A stretch of 64,000 nucleotides of DNA, taken from NCBI RefSeq assembly GCF_004010195.1, contig NC_057711.1:79026500-79090499 (forward strand), written 5' to 3'. Origin of the DNA: Chiloscyllium plagiosum (Eukaryota). This document shows, one piece after another, positions 37,001 through 49,399 of the stretch (the first letter of the stretch is position 1; each line of letters begins with the position of its first letter). A program made the translations under genes and the position numbers. Below the pieces are notes generated by a model. The model ran no database searches. It saw only the letters and a list, made by a program, of their open reading frames with translations, and was not told the DNA's origin.

Positions 37001-39571
37001 TCCCCAGCTGAGTGCTCCTTGGAGGGGAGGTAGTGAGAGTGACTGGGAGTCAGTTTAATAGTTAGCCAGGAGTTAGAACAGGGTTTAATACCTTCATCTT
37101 TTCTGAGGTATGTGAGATGGAGACTTTCTTGGAGGGTTCTAGATGCTGGCTGATTGCTTATTGGAAAGTATGTAGTATTCATCATGCAGCTGTCTCCGTG
37201 CTCGGACCAGAATATTTGGCTCATATTGGACACATTTAAGTTGATGAACTTGCATTAGAACACAGCAGTACTCTACTTCTGGAATTTTCTATTTTCATTT
37301 GAAATTTCCAGCATTCACAGCATTTTGCTTTCATGATTGTTTTATATATATATCTTTTCCCCCAGCAAGATGTCTTAATAGGATCATTGAAAGCAATGGC
37401 AATGAATAAAGAACAATTTTGAAGCTGTGTTTTGTGTATATATTTATAGATAACTTAGTTTACGCCATACCTGCATGCTGACCTCTCTTCTTTTCTCTAC
37501 TCTGACATCTTCAATTTCCATTTAATTTTGCTGTACTGTGTGTATCAGTAACATTGATAAATCTTTAAAATCCTGGCATTCAAGCTGCTTTACAAAATTT
37601 TGGGGCATAAGGTATGTGTGATTCTGAGTATACTTGTACTTATTTGTCAAAAGCATAGGTGTACTTTCATTCCTGTCATAGTGATAATGAGATAAACAGA
37701 TGATAAAATGTGGTTTGCATCTTCAGTGGTGGAAGCTGTCGCTGTGTTGATATTAGAAACTTGGAATAACAGTAGCTCGTTGCACTCACACACCGAGCCA
37801 ACCTGCACAATCTCTCTACTTAATTACTTTGTTTCCTTTTACCCTTGAAAAAAGATTGTTCAGGTGAATTATCTTATTGTCCAGGCACAGTAGCTATGAT
37901 TTATTCCCTGCCTTCTGCAATACATCATATTTTCCTCTGAGGCTCTACATGCAGTATCCTTTGACGTTGCTTTTCTGTCATAGCCAACAAGCCAACACTT
38001 GTTGTGTTTACAAAGGGGCATGGATTTTTTTCAATATAACCCTGAGCTTACTTGCTGCACAAATTTTCAGTGTTTTTATGTGTTGAGTCATAGCTAAATT
38101 GTCTGTTAGAAAGAAAGGTTCACTGCAATTCAGCAGCGCTGTGTACATAAAACATTCACTGAACCAAGATTCATAAACACCAACATCCTTGTGACTTTTA
38201 CAATATGGTTTTATTGCAACTTTTCTAATATAAGGTGGTTGTCTTTCTGATCCCTTCAGTAACTGCACATATGTAATCTTGAGATTTTGAGTTCGGAGTG
38301 TTATGTATTTCTAATTCAAACACCAGGTAATAACAAACATAAAATATTTGTTAAAAGCCATGGATAAACAAAAATTCAAAGTCTAATTTTATAAAGTCTC
38401 CCCATTCATTGTAAAGAACTGAGCTACTGATCAAACATTTCCTTTAGCATCTGGGAAGTTTGAATTAAAGGGTAATAGGAAGGAATTATCTTTGCAGTAC
38501 CATATCAGGCTGCTTTTTGTGTGAAGTGAATAGAGAAAGGTTTATTGCTGTGTCAGTTTGCTTGTGAGCAGATACACGTTTGTCTGTACACAGGGTGAAA
38601 ATACCTGTATATGGTTCTATGAAAATATAGCAATGGTTGTATCAAAATTAAATTGACATGCATTTACAGATGGCTATATGGTTGATTTTCTTTAGGAAAT
38701 GAGATGAAGCATAATTACTATTGATAGACTCATTGTAACCACCCCCAACCAAGCTGTTAGAGTAATCAATTGACAAGAAAACTGTAGTGTCCAAAATGGC
38801 TGCCCAGCTACTAATTTGTTATTGACTTTTTCAGTTAATTTAAGTCAATTTGTTATTTTATTTTCTTTAAATTTAACAAATGTTAACGTCCTCCATTTGG
38901 TTTTGGAACCTCTGAATGTGTGCAGGCAAATTTTTGTGAATCTTTGGCCTTGTGAATTATATTACTTGTTAGAGTCACAGAGCTCTGAAATCAGAATACC
39001 CTCCTTCCCAAATATTTTTAAGAAATGCACATCAAAAGTTAATGTTATATTTTTTGTAAGGTACCTTTTCCACAAAATTTTTTGTTTTGCCAGTCTGTTT
39101 TGTACTAAAGTGTAAATTATTTGATCAGATCTAAGAGTATTTTGTTCTACTGTGAAATGCAGAAGTGAGAGACTGAAATGAAACACAATATTATTGCATT
39201 AATTTTAACAGTTGAAACAGAAATCAAGCAATAGGTAATTGGCATCTCATTTTAGATCTTGCTTTGGGTGCTTTGGAGGTAGTGGAAGGGCAGGGGGCTT
39301 GGGGTGGGAGCGAGTGGCTGCAATAGTGCTAATGACCCTATTGCTTAGTCTGAAAGTCTAAGTTCACCTCTCAGTTGCAATTCAGATTTATAATAACAAT
39401 TCTAATCAAGGTGACTAAATTACTACTTTGAATGGTATTCTAAAGAAGAGTTGTACTAAAATCAAAATGCTAACTCCCTTTTTCTCTCTACTGATGCTGC
39501 CTGACCTGTTGAGTTTCCCCAATGCTTTCTGTTTTTATAATTGTAGCTCATTTTTGACAAAGCTCTATAAA

Positions 39572-39861
39572 AGCGGCACGGTGGCCCAGTGGTTAGCACT
39601 GCTGCCTCACAGCGCCAGAGTCAGGGGTTCAATTCCCACCTCAGGCGACTGACTGTGTAGAGTTTGCACGTTCTCCCCGTGTCTGCGTGGGTTTCCTCCG
39701 GGTGCTCTGGTTTCCTCCCACAGTCCAAAGATGTGCAGGTCAGGTGAATTGGCCATACTAAATTGCCCGGAGTGTTAGGTTAGGGGTATGGGTGGGTGGC
39801 GGGTCGGTGTGGACTTGTTGGGCCGAAGGGCCTGTTTCCACACTGTAATGTAATCTAATCT
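39572..39861 (+). mobile_element. HE1-type SINE, full length
   Basis: A/B boxes, V-domain, aatct tail. Confidence 0.95.
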
Positions 39862-40239
39862 AAAAAAGAAGAAAACTATTATCATGGTTAAATTTCTGAA
39901 GTTATCTTAATTAATCATGTTGTTATAGTCTTTTTCTAGTACAGAATTTGAGTTTTGCTGAAAAAATGATATATTTTATTGAAATTTTGCATTTTGTACT
40001 GATTAGAACATTTGCAAGAAGTACCAATGTCATGGGGACACTACATTTTACATTGGATGAAGACAGTGTTGTTTGTCTGACATGTGGACTCTGATTGGTA
40101 GTAGTGTGGAAAGAAATTTTATTGTTCCCTCATGAAGGTTTGCTCAAGTACTGCTCCTGTTATGGCACACATTTAAAATGGCTTGGCTACATTTTCTGTG
40201 TATAGTACTGGAAATTGTGCAATGTATTATGTTTTTCAG

Positions 40240-40278
40240 AAATAGTTGCAGCTTATTCTGAGGATGCTATCAACTCGG
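40240..40278 (+). other. Candidate 39-nt symmetric exon ((E)IVAAYSEDAINS)
   Basis: tatgtttttcag acceptor, CGG|gtatgt donor, open phase 1-1 frame, non-repeat context; protein not recognised. Confidence 0.25.
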
Positions 40279-42564
40279 GTATGTGCACAAGTTCTCAAAC
40301 TGAGTATTACTCCCGCCATCTTTTCAATTCTGTTATAAATGAAGTTAAATACTCTTTCGTGTTAATCAATTCCTTATGTAGGATTGGTGTCTGGATGTTT
40401 ATCTATTAAGTAAGTAACAGGAGAATTAAAATACTAATACCTCAGTGGCCGCAGTTGTGTTAATCTCATTCCCCAGTTTCCAACAGATCTCAGTCACGTA
40501 TGTTTAATTAAACCACCTTTGCATTATACAGTGTTGACATTGGTTTGTTGATATATTAGTCAATAATTTGATTTCTGCTGAAAATTGGCACATATTTAGC
40601 ATGGCTTGAGTGCAAAGGCCTAAAACACTAGGAATTGAACCTCAGATACTTTGGATATGGAGAAGCTTATTTGGCAGTGGGGTGTGAGAATGAATTGGAT
40701 GTAGGTGATAATGTTTGGAAGTTATCTGTCATTTAAACTTATCTTTTGTACAGAATTACGATGGGATGTTTAAAATTTCTCGTCACGTTTAGTTAAATTA
40801 GAAACATTGAATTATTTTTAATAGCATGGGTGCTTTTATTCCGCACACTGTTGACCCTGACAATATGGAAGTGAATCTTTCTCATGAACTACTGCAGTCC
40901 CAATGATAATGGCACCACTCATAACGGTGTTAGCCACGGTAATTCCAGTATTTTGACCTATTGATAATACTAGAACACCTGTATATATCCAAGGCAGCTG
41001 ATGTGTGACTTGGAAAAGAATTTGGAGATAGGGCAAAGTTTTTTGCTCCCGGGGTGGTGATAGTGATAGTGATCTTGATAACTTAATTGGGTAAAAGTAG
41101 AGAAAATAGATTCTTGTATCAAGGTCAAATTTAACAATCAAGTCCTCAGAAGGTGAGTTAATTTTCTTGTCAACAGGTGGCAAGGAATTAAAATGCATAC
41201 ATTTGAATCTTATGTGTAATTGGAACAAACTTATCCTTCCCAATTAATTTTTGTTTGTTTGAGATCTTTACCTCAGATCCTTGACCATGGATAACAAAAG
41301 AAAACCTAGTTGTTTGATCTACAGCCTCCAGCCCAGGTAAGTTATCTGCCTTCTCCCCTTTTTGCAAAACATTACAAATGTTCATTGTCTGCAGTTTTGC
41401 TGCAGAACTCAAAAACTGCAGTGGACACATCCAAGGAGACCAAGGCTGGATGTGTACCTTGGCCTCCATAGGACACAGCTGAAAAATGGCAACATTTCAA
41501 CTTGTGGATCAGGGGAATAGTCATACACAGAAGCTCAGGTTTCAACTGGTGGCCTTTGGGCATAATGATAAGACAACATGAAAGGGTGGACACACATGGC
41601 TAACGGGCATTCCTCAGAGTTGGTGCATATGTCTTCAGTGTACGTGGCAAACAAGTACGCTGTTTGCCACGTGCTTTGAATAGTGATGCATGAACAGGAA
41701 AGGGAACACATAGTTAATGGGGCAATTATGGTCAAGAGATACCACCATATACAGCCTAGATTCCCTAGCCATTTTTTGTCCAGGTAATTGACCATGAACA
41801 GTCAGGCAGTTAGTCCAATACAGGTTTGGGATTAGCATTATTTCTGTCTCGGAATTAGGCTACAGGCAGTCTTGAAAGTTAAGCAACATTAGTCCAAGCC
41901 TTGCTGATCAGTCAGCCAGGGGATAGGCCACAGTCTATCAGATATGTCTTGAAAGATCTGTCTAGGGAGGTGGGACATAATCAGTCAGAGATTGTGTATT
42001 ACAGAAGCTGAGGTTTAGAGGGTGTTAAGCTCTGATCATGGTATTGTCAGGGTTGTGGGCAGTCCAACTCTGGGGTCTAGCCTCGTTGTATTGGCTGGTT
42101 GAGGGAATGGTGTTATGGTTATGATAGGTGGGTGTATTGGCCTTCCATAGTCTGCAACTCCAGGGATCACAACATAAATTTAAATATTGTACACAGTTTC
42201 AGAAATGGCTAATCAAATGTTTTCTCTATATTAGTGTTAAAATAAGAAGCTCCATCAGGTTTCTTTACTAAACACACAATTATTGACATTCATTTTGAAA
42301 AAAATATATTAAGTGAAGACGCAAAAAGTGTTTAATGAATACAGTCGATAATATGGAAACATAAATGTGTATCCCACTAAATACCAAAAGGTACAGAGGT
42401 GGAGAATAGGGCCAATATTGTGGATTAAAGGGGAAGCCTGAAATTCTTTGCAGTGAACAGAAGTCTTGAAGCTCGCAATGTTGAGCTGAAACACAAACTG
42501 CTCAAATGCATTTACCATTTTGACAAGGCTGCACCCAAATGGGAGTAATAAATTTTTTTTTGAG

Positions 42565-43016
42565 GATATTTTTTATCAACCTTTTCAGAAGTGTTCTTGC
42601 ATGCCTCTGGAGCTGGTGGGCTTTGTACTTTGGGCTTCTGGTCCAGAGGTAGGGACACTACCACTGTGCCATAAGAACTCCAACATTTTCTTTTCATTTA
42701 ACCTAATTTCTGAAACAACCTGTTCAGAGATACCATTATGCACCTCTGGACAGGTGGGACTTGAACCAGTCCAGAGGGAGGGAGAGTCCCACTGCACTAT
42801 GAGAGGGCCCCAAAATTTCTTTTTGACTTTTACATGTCTTTTTTGTTTAACCTATTTTTCTAATCAACTTGTTCTGAGATGTTATCACACAGTTCTGGAG
42901 AAGGTGAGACTTGAAACCAGGCCTTTCAGTCTAGGGGTAGGGACACTCCCACTGCACCATGAGAGGACCCCAAAATTTCCTTCTGCTTTTAATTTAACCT
43001 CTTTTTCTAATCAGTT
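42565..43016 (-). repeat. Tandem array of three ~130-160 bp tRNA-derived SINE-like units plus a partial fourth
   Basis: Each unit on the minus strand has an A-box-like tggtgcagtgg, gtgtccctacc, a B-box-like ggttcaagtccc and aacaggttgattagaaa. Confidence 0.75.
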
Positions 43017-43700
43017 TGGGGACGACACCAAAATTAATGGCACTGTGGACAGTGAAGAAGGTTTACTCAGATTACAAAGGGATCTTGATCAAATGGCTCA
43101 ATGGGCTGAAAAATGGCAGATGGAGTTCAATTTGGATAAACGCAAGGTATTGCATTTTTGGTACGACAAACAAGCATAGGGCTTACACAATAAATGGTAG
43201 GGCCTTTGGTAGAGTTGTAGAACAGAGGAACCTAAGGGTTCAGGTACATAACTCTTTGAAGTTTGTGACACATATAGACTGGGTGGTTAAAAAGGCATTT
43301 GGCATTTTTGGCTTCATTGCTCTGTCCTTTGAGTATACAAGTTGGGAAGTCATGTTGAGGTTGTACAGGACATTGGTGAGGCCTTTTCTGGAATACTGTG
43401 TCCAGTTCTGGTTGTCCAGTTATGAGAAGGAGATTACAAAGCTGGAGAGGGTCCAGAGAAGATTTCCCAGGATGTTGCCAGGTATGGAAGGTTTGAGTTA
43501 TAAAGAAAGCCTCAATAGGCTGGGACTTTTTTCACTGGAGCATAGGGCGTTGAGAGGTGATCTGATAGAAGTTCATTAAATCTATCTATACTTCTCATTA
43601 TCTGAGGTGTTGTTTCCCTCAGATGGGGGATTTCAAGACTGGGGACACATTTCTAAGTTAAGAGGAGAGAGGTTCATAAAAGACATAGAAGTTTATAAAA
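43012..43700 (+). mobile_element. CR1 RT C-terminal fragment
   Basis: FGDDTKI..LQRDLD..WQMEFN; LVRPFLEYCVQFW. Confidence 0.95.
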
Positions 43701-43977
43701 GTGTAGCTCTTACCTTTCGTGGGGATTGGATTACATTATTAGGCCCCAAAAAGACATCTTCATTGAATTTGTAAGTTTCATTTGGGGTTTTAATTAGTTG
43801 CCATGCCCCCTTAAGGGAGTGATACCCTTTAATTTTGTTTAATTTGATGTTTAATTTAAAATTGCTTTAAAAGATGAACCCTTTTAAGGGCCATCAGTTT
43901 GGTTTAATTTGTTTAATTTGTTTCTCCTGTTTTAAAACAAGAGTAGCTCATATCACTCACTCAATGAGATGTTGTAA

Positions 43978-44205
43978 TTAGATTAGATTACTTACAGTGT
44001 GGAAACAGGCCCTTCGGCCCAACCAGTCCACACCGACCCTCCAATGAGTAACCCACCCAGACCCATTTCCCTCTGACTAATGCACCTAGCACTATGGGCA
44101 ATTTTAGCATGGCCAATTCACTTGGCCTGCACATCTTTGGATTGTGGGAGGAAACTGGAGCACACGGAGGAAACCCACACAGACATGGGGAAAATGTGCA
44201 AACTC
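43978..44205 (-). mobile_element. HE1-type SINE, 5'-truncated
   Basis: gattagattacttacagtgtggaaacaggcccttcggcccaac tail and V-domain. Confidence 0.9.
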
Positions 44206-45799
44206 AATGTAGTGGTAATGTCTCTATTATCTGGCTGGAAGTTCTGTGTTCACATTACACCTGCTTCAAGGTTGTGTTGTACCATGTGCAAATAAGTTGA
44301 TTTAAAATTTGTTTTGTGAACTCATACTATCCAGTTGTAACTTGGAAGGTGATGGTGAGGATCCTGAGCTAGAATAACCATTAAAGAGATGAAAAAGACA
44401 GGGCAATGGTTTGCTGAGAAGACAGAGACCAGAGATAATCTTACAGCCACCCTACTTTTGGATGACTGAACTATCCAGAGACATTTTTGCTTATGTTTTC
44501 ATTTACATAGTTGATTTTCAGATCTTTGCTTCCTGTATTCAACATTCTTCATGGTTTGAGATGGACTTTAATTTCCTTTAGCATTGGAATAAAATGCTGC
44601 TTTTCCATTCCTGATATTAATATAATCACTTCTGTAAAAGCTAAAGTGTGTACACAAAACTTGCATTGAACCGATGTTTGCACTAAAGCAGCTTTGATTG
44701 AGTTTGCACTTCATCTACCTCACACTCTTTATGGTTGCATTGAAATGGTCTTTGTATCAAAGGCATATAAGTGTCATGAACAAGTCCACTCTGTGGTGAA
44801 TCTTACCAAAATGTTCCAAATACAGAGACTGCTTCTCATCTATCTTACGCCATTATTCTCTTTGTGGTGCTCCAGAATACGATGTTCCTTCACTTGCAAT
44901 GCCTAAGCAACCTCACTCACAATGCTTCCACTGCGATAGGTCACAAAGCTTTGAGCTATACCCTCCATTTAACTAGAATTAAGAGATATGGTTATTGCCA
45001 ACCTCATACCCTTAGGCTTTCAGATATGGCTTTGAGATATGGAACAGATCTTGACTCCCAGAACCTGTAGATGCATAACAGATTCCACTATGAAGCCATT
45101 TGGCTTCTCATTGTTCTTTTGATCTGAGAAATGGTGACCCGATGTTATCCACAGAGAGATAGTTGATCTTCAATTCGATAGCTGATCAGGTGGACCCAAG
45201 TCTCACGGAGTGGAATTCGTTCTTCATGAAACCTATAGGTTTATTGCCTTTTCACTCATAAAGAGAAAGTGTGAGAGATGCTTCTTGCATGCATGCTCCA
45301 GGATTTCTCTGCTTTTTATTCTCTTCAATTTCCATGATCCATTAATATTTATTTTCATCCTTCACTGTTTATCCATCCCCATTTTCCATGTCACATTTTC
45401 TTCACTCTATGGCCCTTGGTCTCTGTTCATCTTTCTCCACCAATTCAAAACTTTTCACCTTCAGCTGTATGCTGGCTCACTCCAATTGGGAAATTCCAAT
45501 TCATGCTTCCTTCTTACAATTCTAAATAATGGACAATCACTTGAAATGTCTAATTCTTATGAGAAAGCCTTACCCTCTGTCATCAGTAAAGAAGCATCAT
45601 TGTCCAGACTCTTTCAGTTCTGAGGAAAAGTCATTTTGGACTTGAAATGTTAACATTATTTCTGTGTCCATAAATGTTAGTAAACCTGTTGGGTTTCTTC
45701 AGCATTTTGTTTTCATCTCATCCTTACAAGATTCTGCTTTTAATTATACCTTCAATTTAACTATTAACTCTCTCATTTTAAGCTTTATTCAAAGATTTC

Positions 45800-47314
45800 A
45801 AACATTGCACTGACTCCTTGACAAGAAGGGGCACCTGAGTGAGGTTGAGCTATCTCGTCTCCCTGTTACTTTATTTTTTATGCTAAGCTGGAGCGAGAGA
45901 ATGCAGGTCTGGCAACATTGAGCAGTTTGTGTTTTCAAGGTAGATACCACGCTTTCTATTGAGGTTGGCAAAGTATCCTCATGCTGGAGTCACTACAACA
46001 GCGAGAACCTGGATATGGATGGATTCCTTCATCTTTTGTTTGTGTCTACAGAGACCCTCTGTCACATCGGCTTGATGTTTTCTTGCCTCTCTCTTCAGGT
46101 TGATCATGTGACTTATGGCTGAGTGCAGAGGCCTGACTTCTGCATGGAGCTGAGCAGCAGCTTGGTAACTTGCCAGTTAGCTGAATGTTGGATACCTGGA
46201 GTCTTTCTTATGCTGCCAGTTACTGACCTGTGTCAATGAGGTGCTCAGCCGTTTGTGTGTCCTCACAACTTCCCATGAACACAGTCACCCAAATTCTCAG
46301 TGTGGTCATATAGGATCAGATCCTCATGTCTAACCTAGCTAGACTACTGACTGAGATGGTTGTCTGGGAGGTGGTGGAGGGTATCAGTGAATATCTTTCC
46401 GGGGCTCCCTCGGAATGTGTACACAGCTCATCCTTACAGGTAATGCTGAAATGTTCAGGCCATGGCCTCAATCATTGGGCATGCTCCTGGATACTGCCAG
46501 CCCATGTAGAAGAGAGGACAAAGAATCAGTAGGTGAAGGTGCACAGTAATGTGTGCAGATCACTTTGTTTGCCTCCATGTAAGTCTGAGATGAACAGACA
46601 GCAAATTTGCTTCTTGGGTTCCTGGGCCACACCTATTTTCCTGTCACCATGGGAATGGTTCTGGTCTTCCTTAGCTAGCTCTATCGCCTGTTTCTCAATG
46701 TTAGTGAAGATGTTCATAACCAGCACCCGCTTCTGGTGTTGACCCTCTCTGCACTGTTGTGGACCAGTTTATCCTGCAATGAGATAAAGAGAGGGATTGA
46801 GTATGATGGTAATCAGAGCAGGAGGACTTTTTGAACCTTCATAAACTTGCCAGATGGAGAATCATTCTCAGTAAGTGAAGAGGAAGTGCACTGTCCACAA
46901 AGGGTTAGTATTTTCAGAGCATTAGGTGTGAGCCCTTTAGCTCAGTTAATGCATGCAATGCTGAAGCATGCTGGTCATAAGGCTTTATTAGATGTAAGTG
47001 CCTTTACAGAGTTAAACTACGAATGTGAGCTGCAGAAAGAAGATAGTGCCACATACCTTTGTAGAACAGAGCAATTCATTCATTTACCTTTGACATTAGC
47101 ACTTGTAAATGTCAGTGGCACTGGCCTTCACCGCTAACCCATTCCTGGCTAGATGTGTATGATGGGAGGATCTCCAGGTGCTACTCCTTGGGAAGAAGTC
47201 CTCCTCTCTGTCCCTTATTTTATCCAGCAACATCTGTAGCAAAGTGGCACTGGAACATGTGCTGTGCTCCTGCCTCTTGGGTGGCATCTTCACTGGGGTT
47301 GGAGTGGCCAGCAC
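45800..47314 (-). pseudogene. Spliced Myb/SANT-like (PIF/Harbinger DNA-binding ORF type) pseudogene
   Basis: Exon 1 47314-47057 (LLQMLLDKIRDREEDFFP..C*CQR*MNELLCSTK), donor AAG|gtatgt, 283-nt intron, acceptor ctttatctcattgcag, exon 2 from 46773 (DKLVHNSAER..FTNIEKQAIELA), then decayed S/T-rich sequence; stops and a frameshift. Confidence 0.6.
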
Positions 47315-48134
47315 AACTTAAATGGAAGCTTCTGTCCCACAGTGAGTACAGTGGAACTTAACTGGCCTTTAAATATGGCAGCAGAACCTATGACCTGAAA
47401 AGCTTCCCTCCAGGGCAAACACTTCTGGCTCCAAATGATTCACCAACTTATCGCACACATAGATAATATGTTAAAAAGCATGTGATCATGTGAAGTAACT
47501 CGCCTCAGGGTCATGGTGGAAGTAACGATCTTTAATACACTCAGAATCATACTTTAACTCCAAAATGGCTCTTGACTTTGTAAGTGCCAGAAGTTACAAA
47601 ACTGGGTCATTTATAAGTTGAAACAATGATATAGGCATTTATTTGTAACCTAACTATTTTCAATGTTGACAAATTTAGGAGTAATGATGCTTGCTTTTTC
47701 AGTAATTTATAAAGTAGATCCAATTTCTATTTTAATTGGCTGTTCAGGTGATACATTTCCATTTGTCTCAGACTGGGATTGGACATATTTCAGACATCGA
47801 TTAAGCCTGATACAAGAGGATCTGCATTATTTGGCATGGTATAAACTAGAAGGTTCCCGAACTGCAATCTCTGACATCCCGATGAACAGGCACATTTTGC
47901 CAGGCAGAAGCTATGCTGATGATAATTGATATCCAAGTATTTTCAGATTTGCAAGACAAGCTTCAGCTGGCCACTGTAATGTTTAATTGTAATATCGTTA
48001 AAAGCAATTAATGCTCTTTAGATGTGTCTGCCATTATGATCTGCTGTAGCTATAGTGATATCTGTAACAGTGGTAAGCTTACCTTTCACTGGTTATTTAT
48101 GCCTGATGAGTCAATACTTATGTTGCTTCTGCAA

Positions 48135-48500
48135 CATAGAAACATAGAAAATAAGAGCCGGTGTAGACATGTCTGCCCATCAAGCTGGGTCCACTATTCA
48201 GTGTGATCATGGATGTCTTTCTTAATGTGATGTTCCCACTCTTTTCTCACCGTCTGACACCATAGCCTGTAGTAATCAATCAATTTATTTCTGAAACATA
48301 TTGAATAACTTGGCCTCCATGTCTTTCTGTGGCAGAGAATGCCACGGGTTCAGTATCCTCTGAATGAAAACGTTTTATCTCTCAGTCTGAAACAGAAGTT
48401 GGCATATCCTGAGACATCGACCCTTTGTTCTAGAGCCCCCCTGCCAAAGAGAAACATCAACCTTGCATCTGGTCTATCCAGCCCTGACAGGATATGACAT
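48135..48500 (-). mobile_element. CR1 3' end, diverged
   Basis: catagaaacatagaaaataagagc tail; ttctgtggcagagaatgccac (WNSLP region). Confidence 0.8.
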
Positions 48501-49399
48501 GTTATTCTAGCTTTGGAAAGTTTACTGAGACCTCAACAGGATTAAACATTAATACATTTTTACATACTAAGAAACTATAGACAGCTTTACATGAGCATAT
48601 TTTATACCATTGAAGCCATGATCAAGTTATTTTCAATTTTTTCTATCATATGTTCTGTTATATTATCATTCTGGGTGGTTTTATTCACACAGTTTCAGAC
48701 ATTAACTCTTAAAACCCAAACATTGAAACCTGCCCTATGACTTCAAGCATCTTCTCATTCATTTTTAGATGCTGCACTATCTTCCCCCATCTCCAAATGC
48801 CGATATTCCATGCTCAATATGTCAAAAGCTTTCATAGTTCCCCATTGTATCCTTATCAGACTTAGACCAATAGTTAGCTCTAAACTCTTGTGCCTTGACT
48901 TGAATGGCCTTGATGGAAGTTTCCTTTCTGAATTTCTGACTTAACATCAGTTTCATGGAAATGTATGACTGATTGATATATTTGATGAATAGATATAAGA
49001 TTTCTCTTACTTCCAGGGTAAGTCCCCAAGCCCATAGTTATTACTGAATTCAATGTACTCAACTAAACTTTAATGCTATGTAGAGAGTACTGAATTGGCT
49101 GAAGACCAACATCTATTATGATGGCGACCCCAGGAGGAGCTCAGGTAGATTACCCATGCAAGAGGTTACTTGCCCATGTTTTGACAGGATATCATGAGAT
49201 TTCAGTGGCGTTGGCATGAATGTCGAGAACTCCCATGGTTACTCCCACCTGACTAAGTACCATGGTCCCACTTCCACTTGTGGGTTTGATTTGTGGATGG
49301 GGTAGACACCTCAGACAAAAGAAGAATGGCGAAAGGAATGATTTCATGAGTATAACTATGTAGGACAAACCTCATAATTTTGATGAGTTGGTAAATGGG

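Noticed and set aside
40836..41838. Several 67-135 aa minus-strand ORFs
   Set aside because: No recognisable domain or consistent splice structure; possibly an old unclassified repeat.
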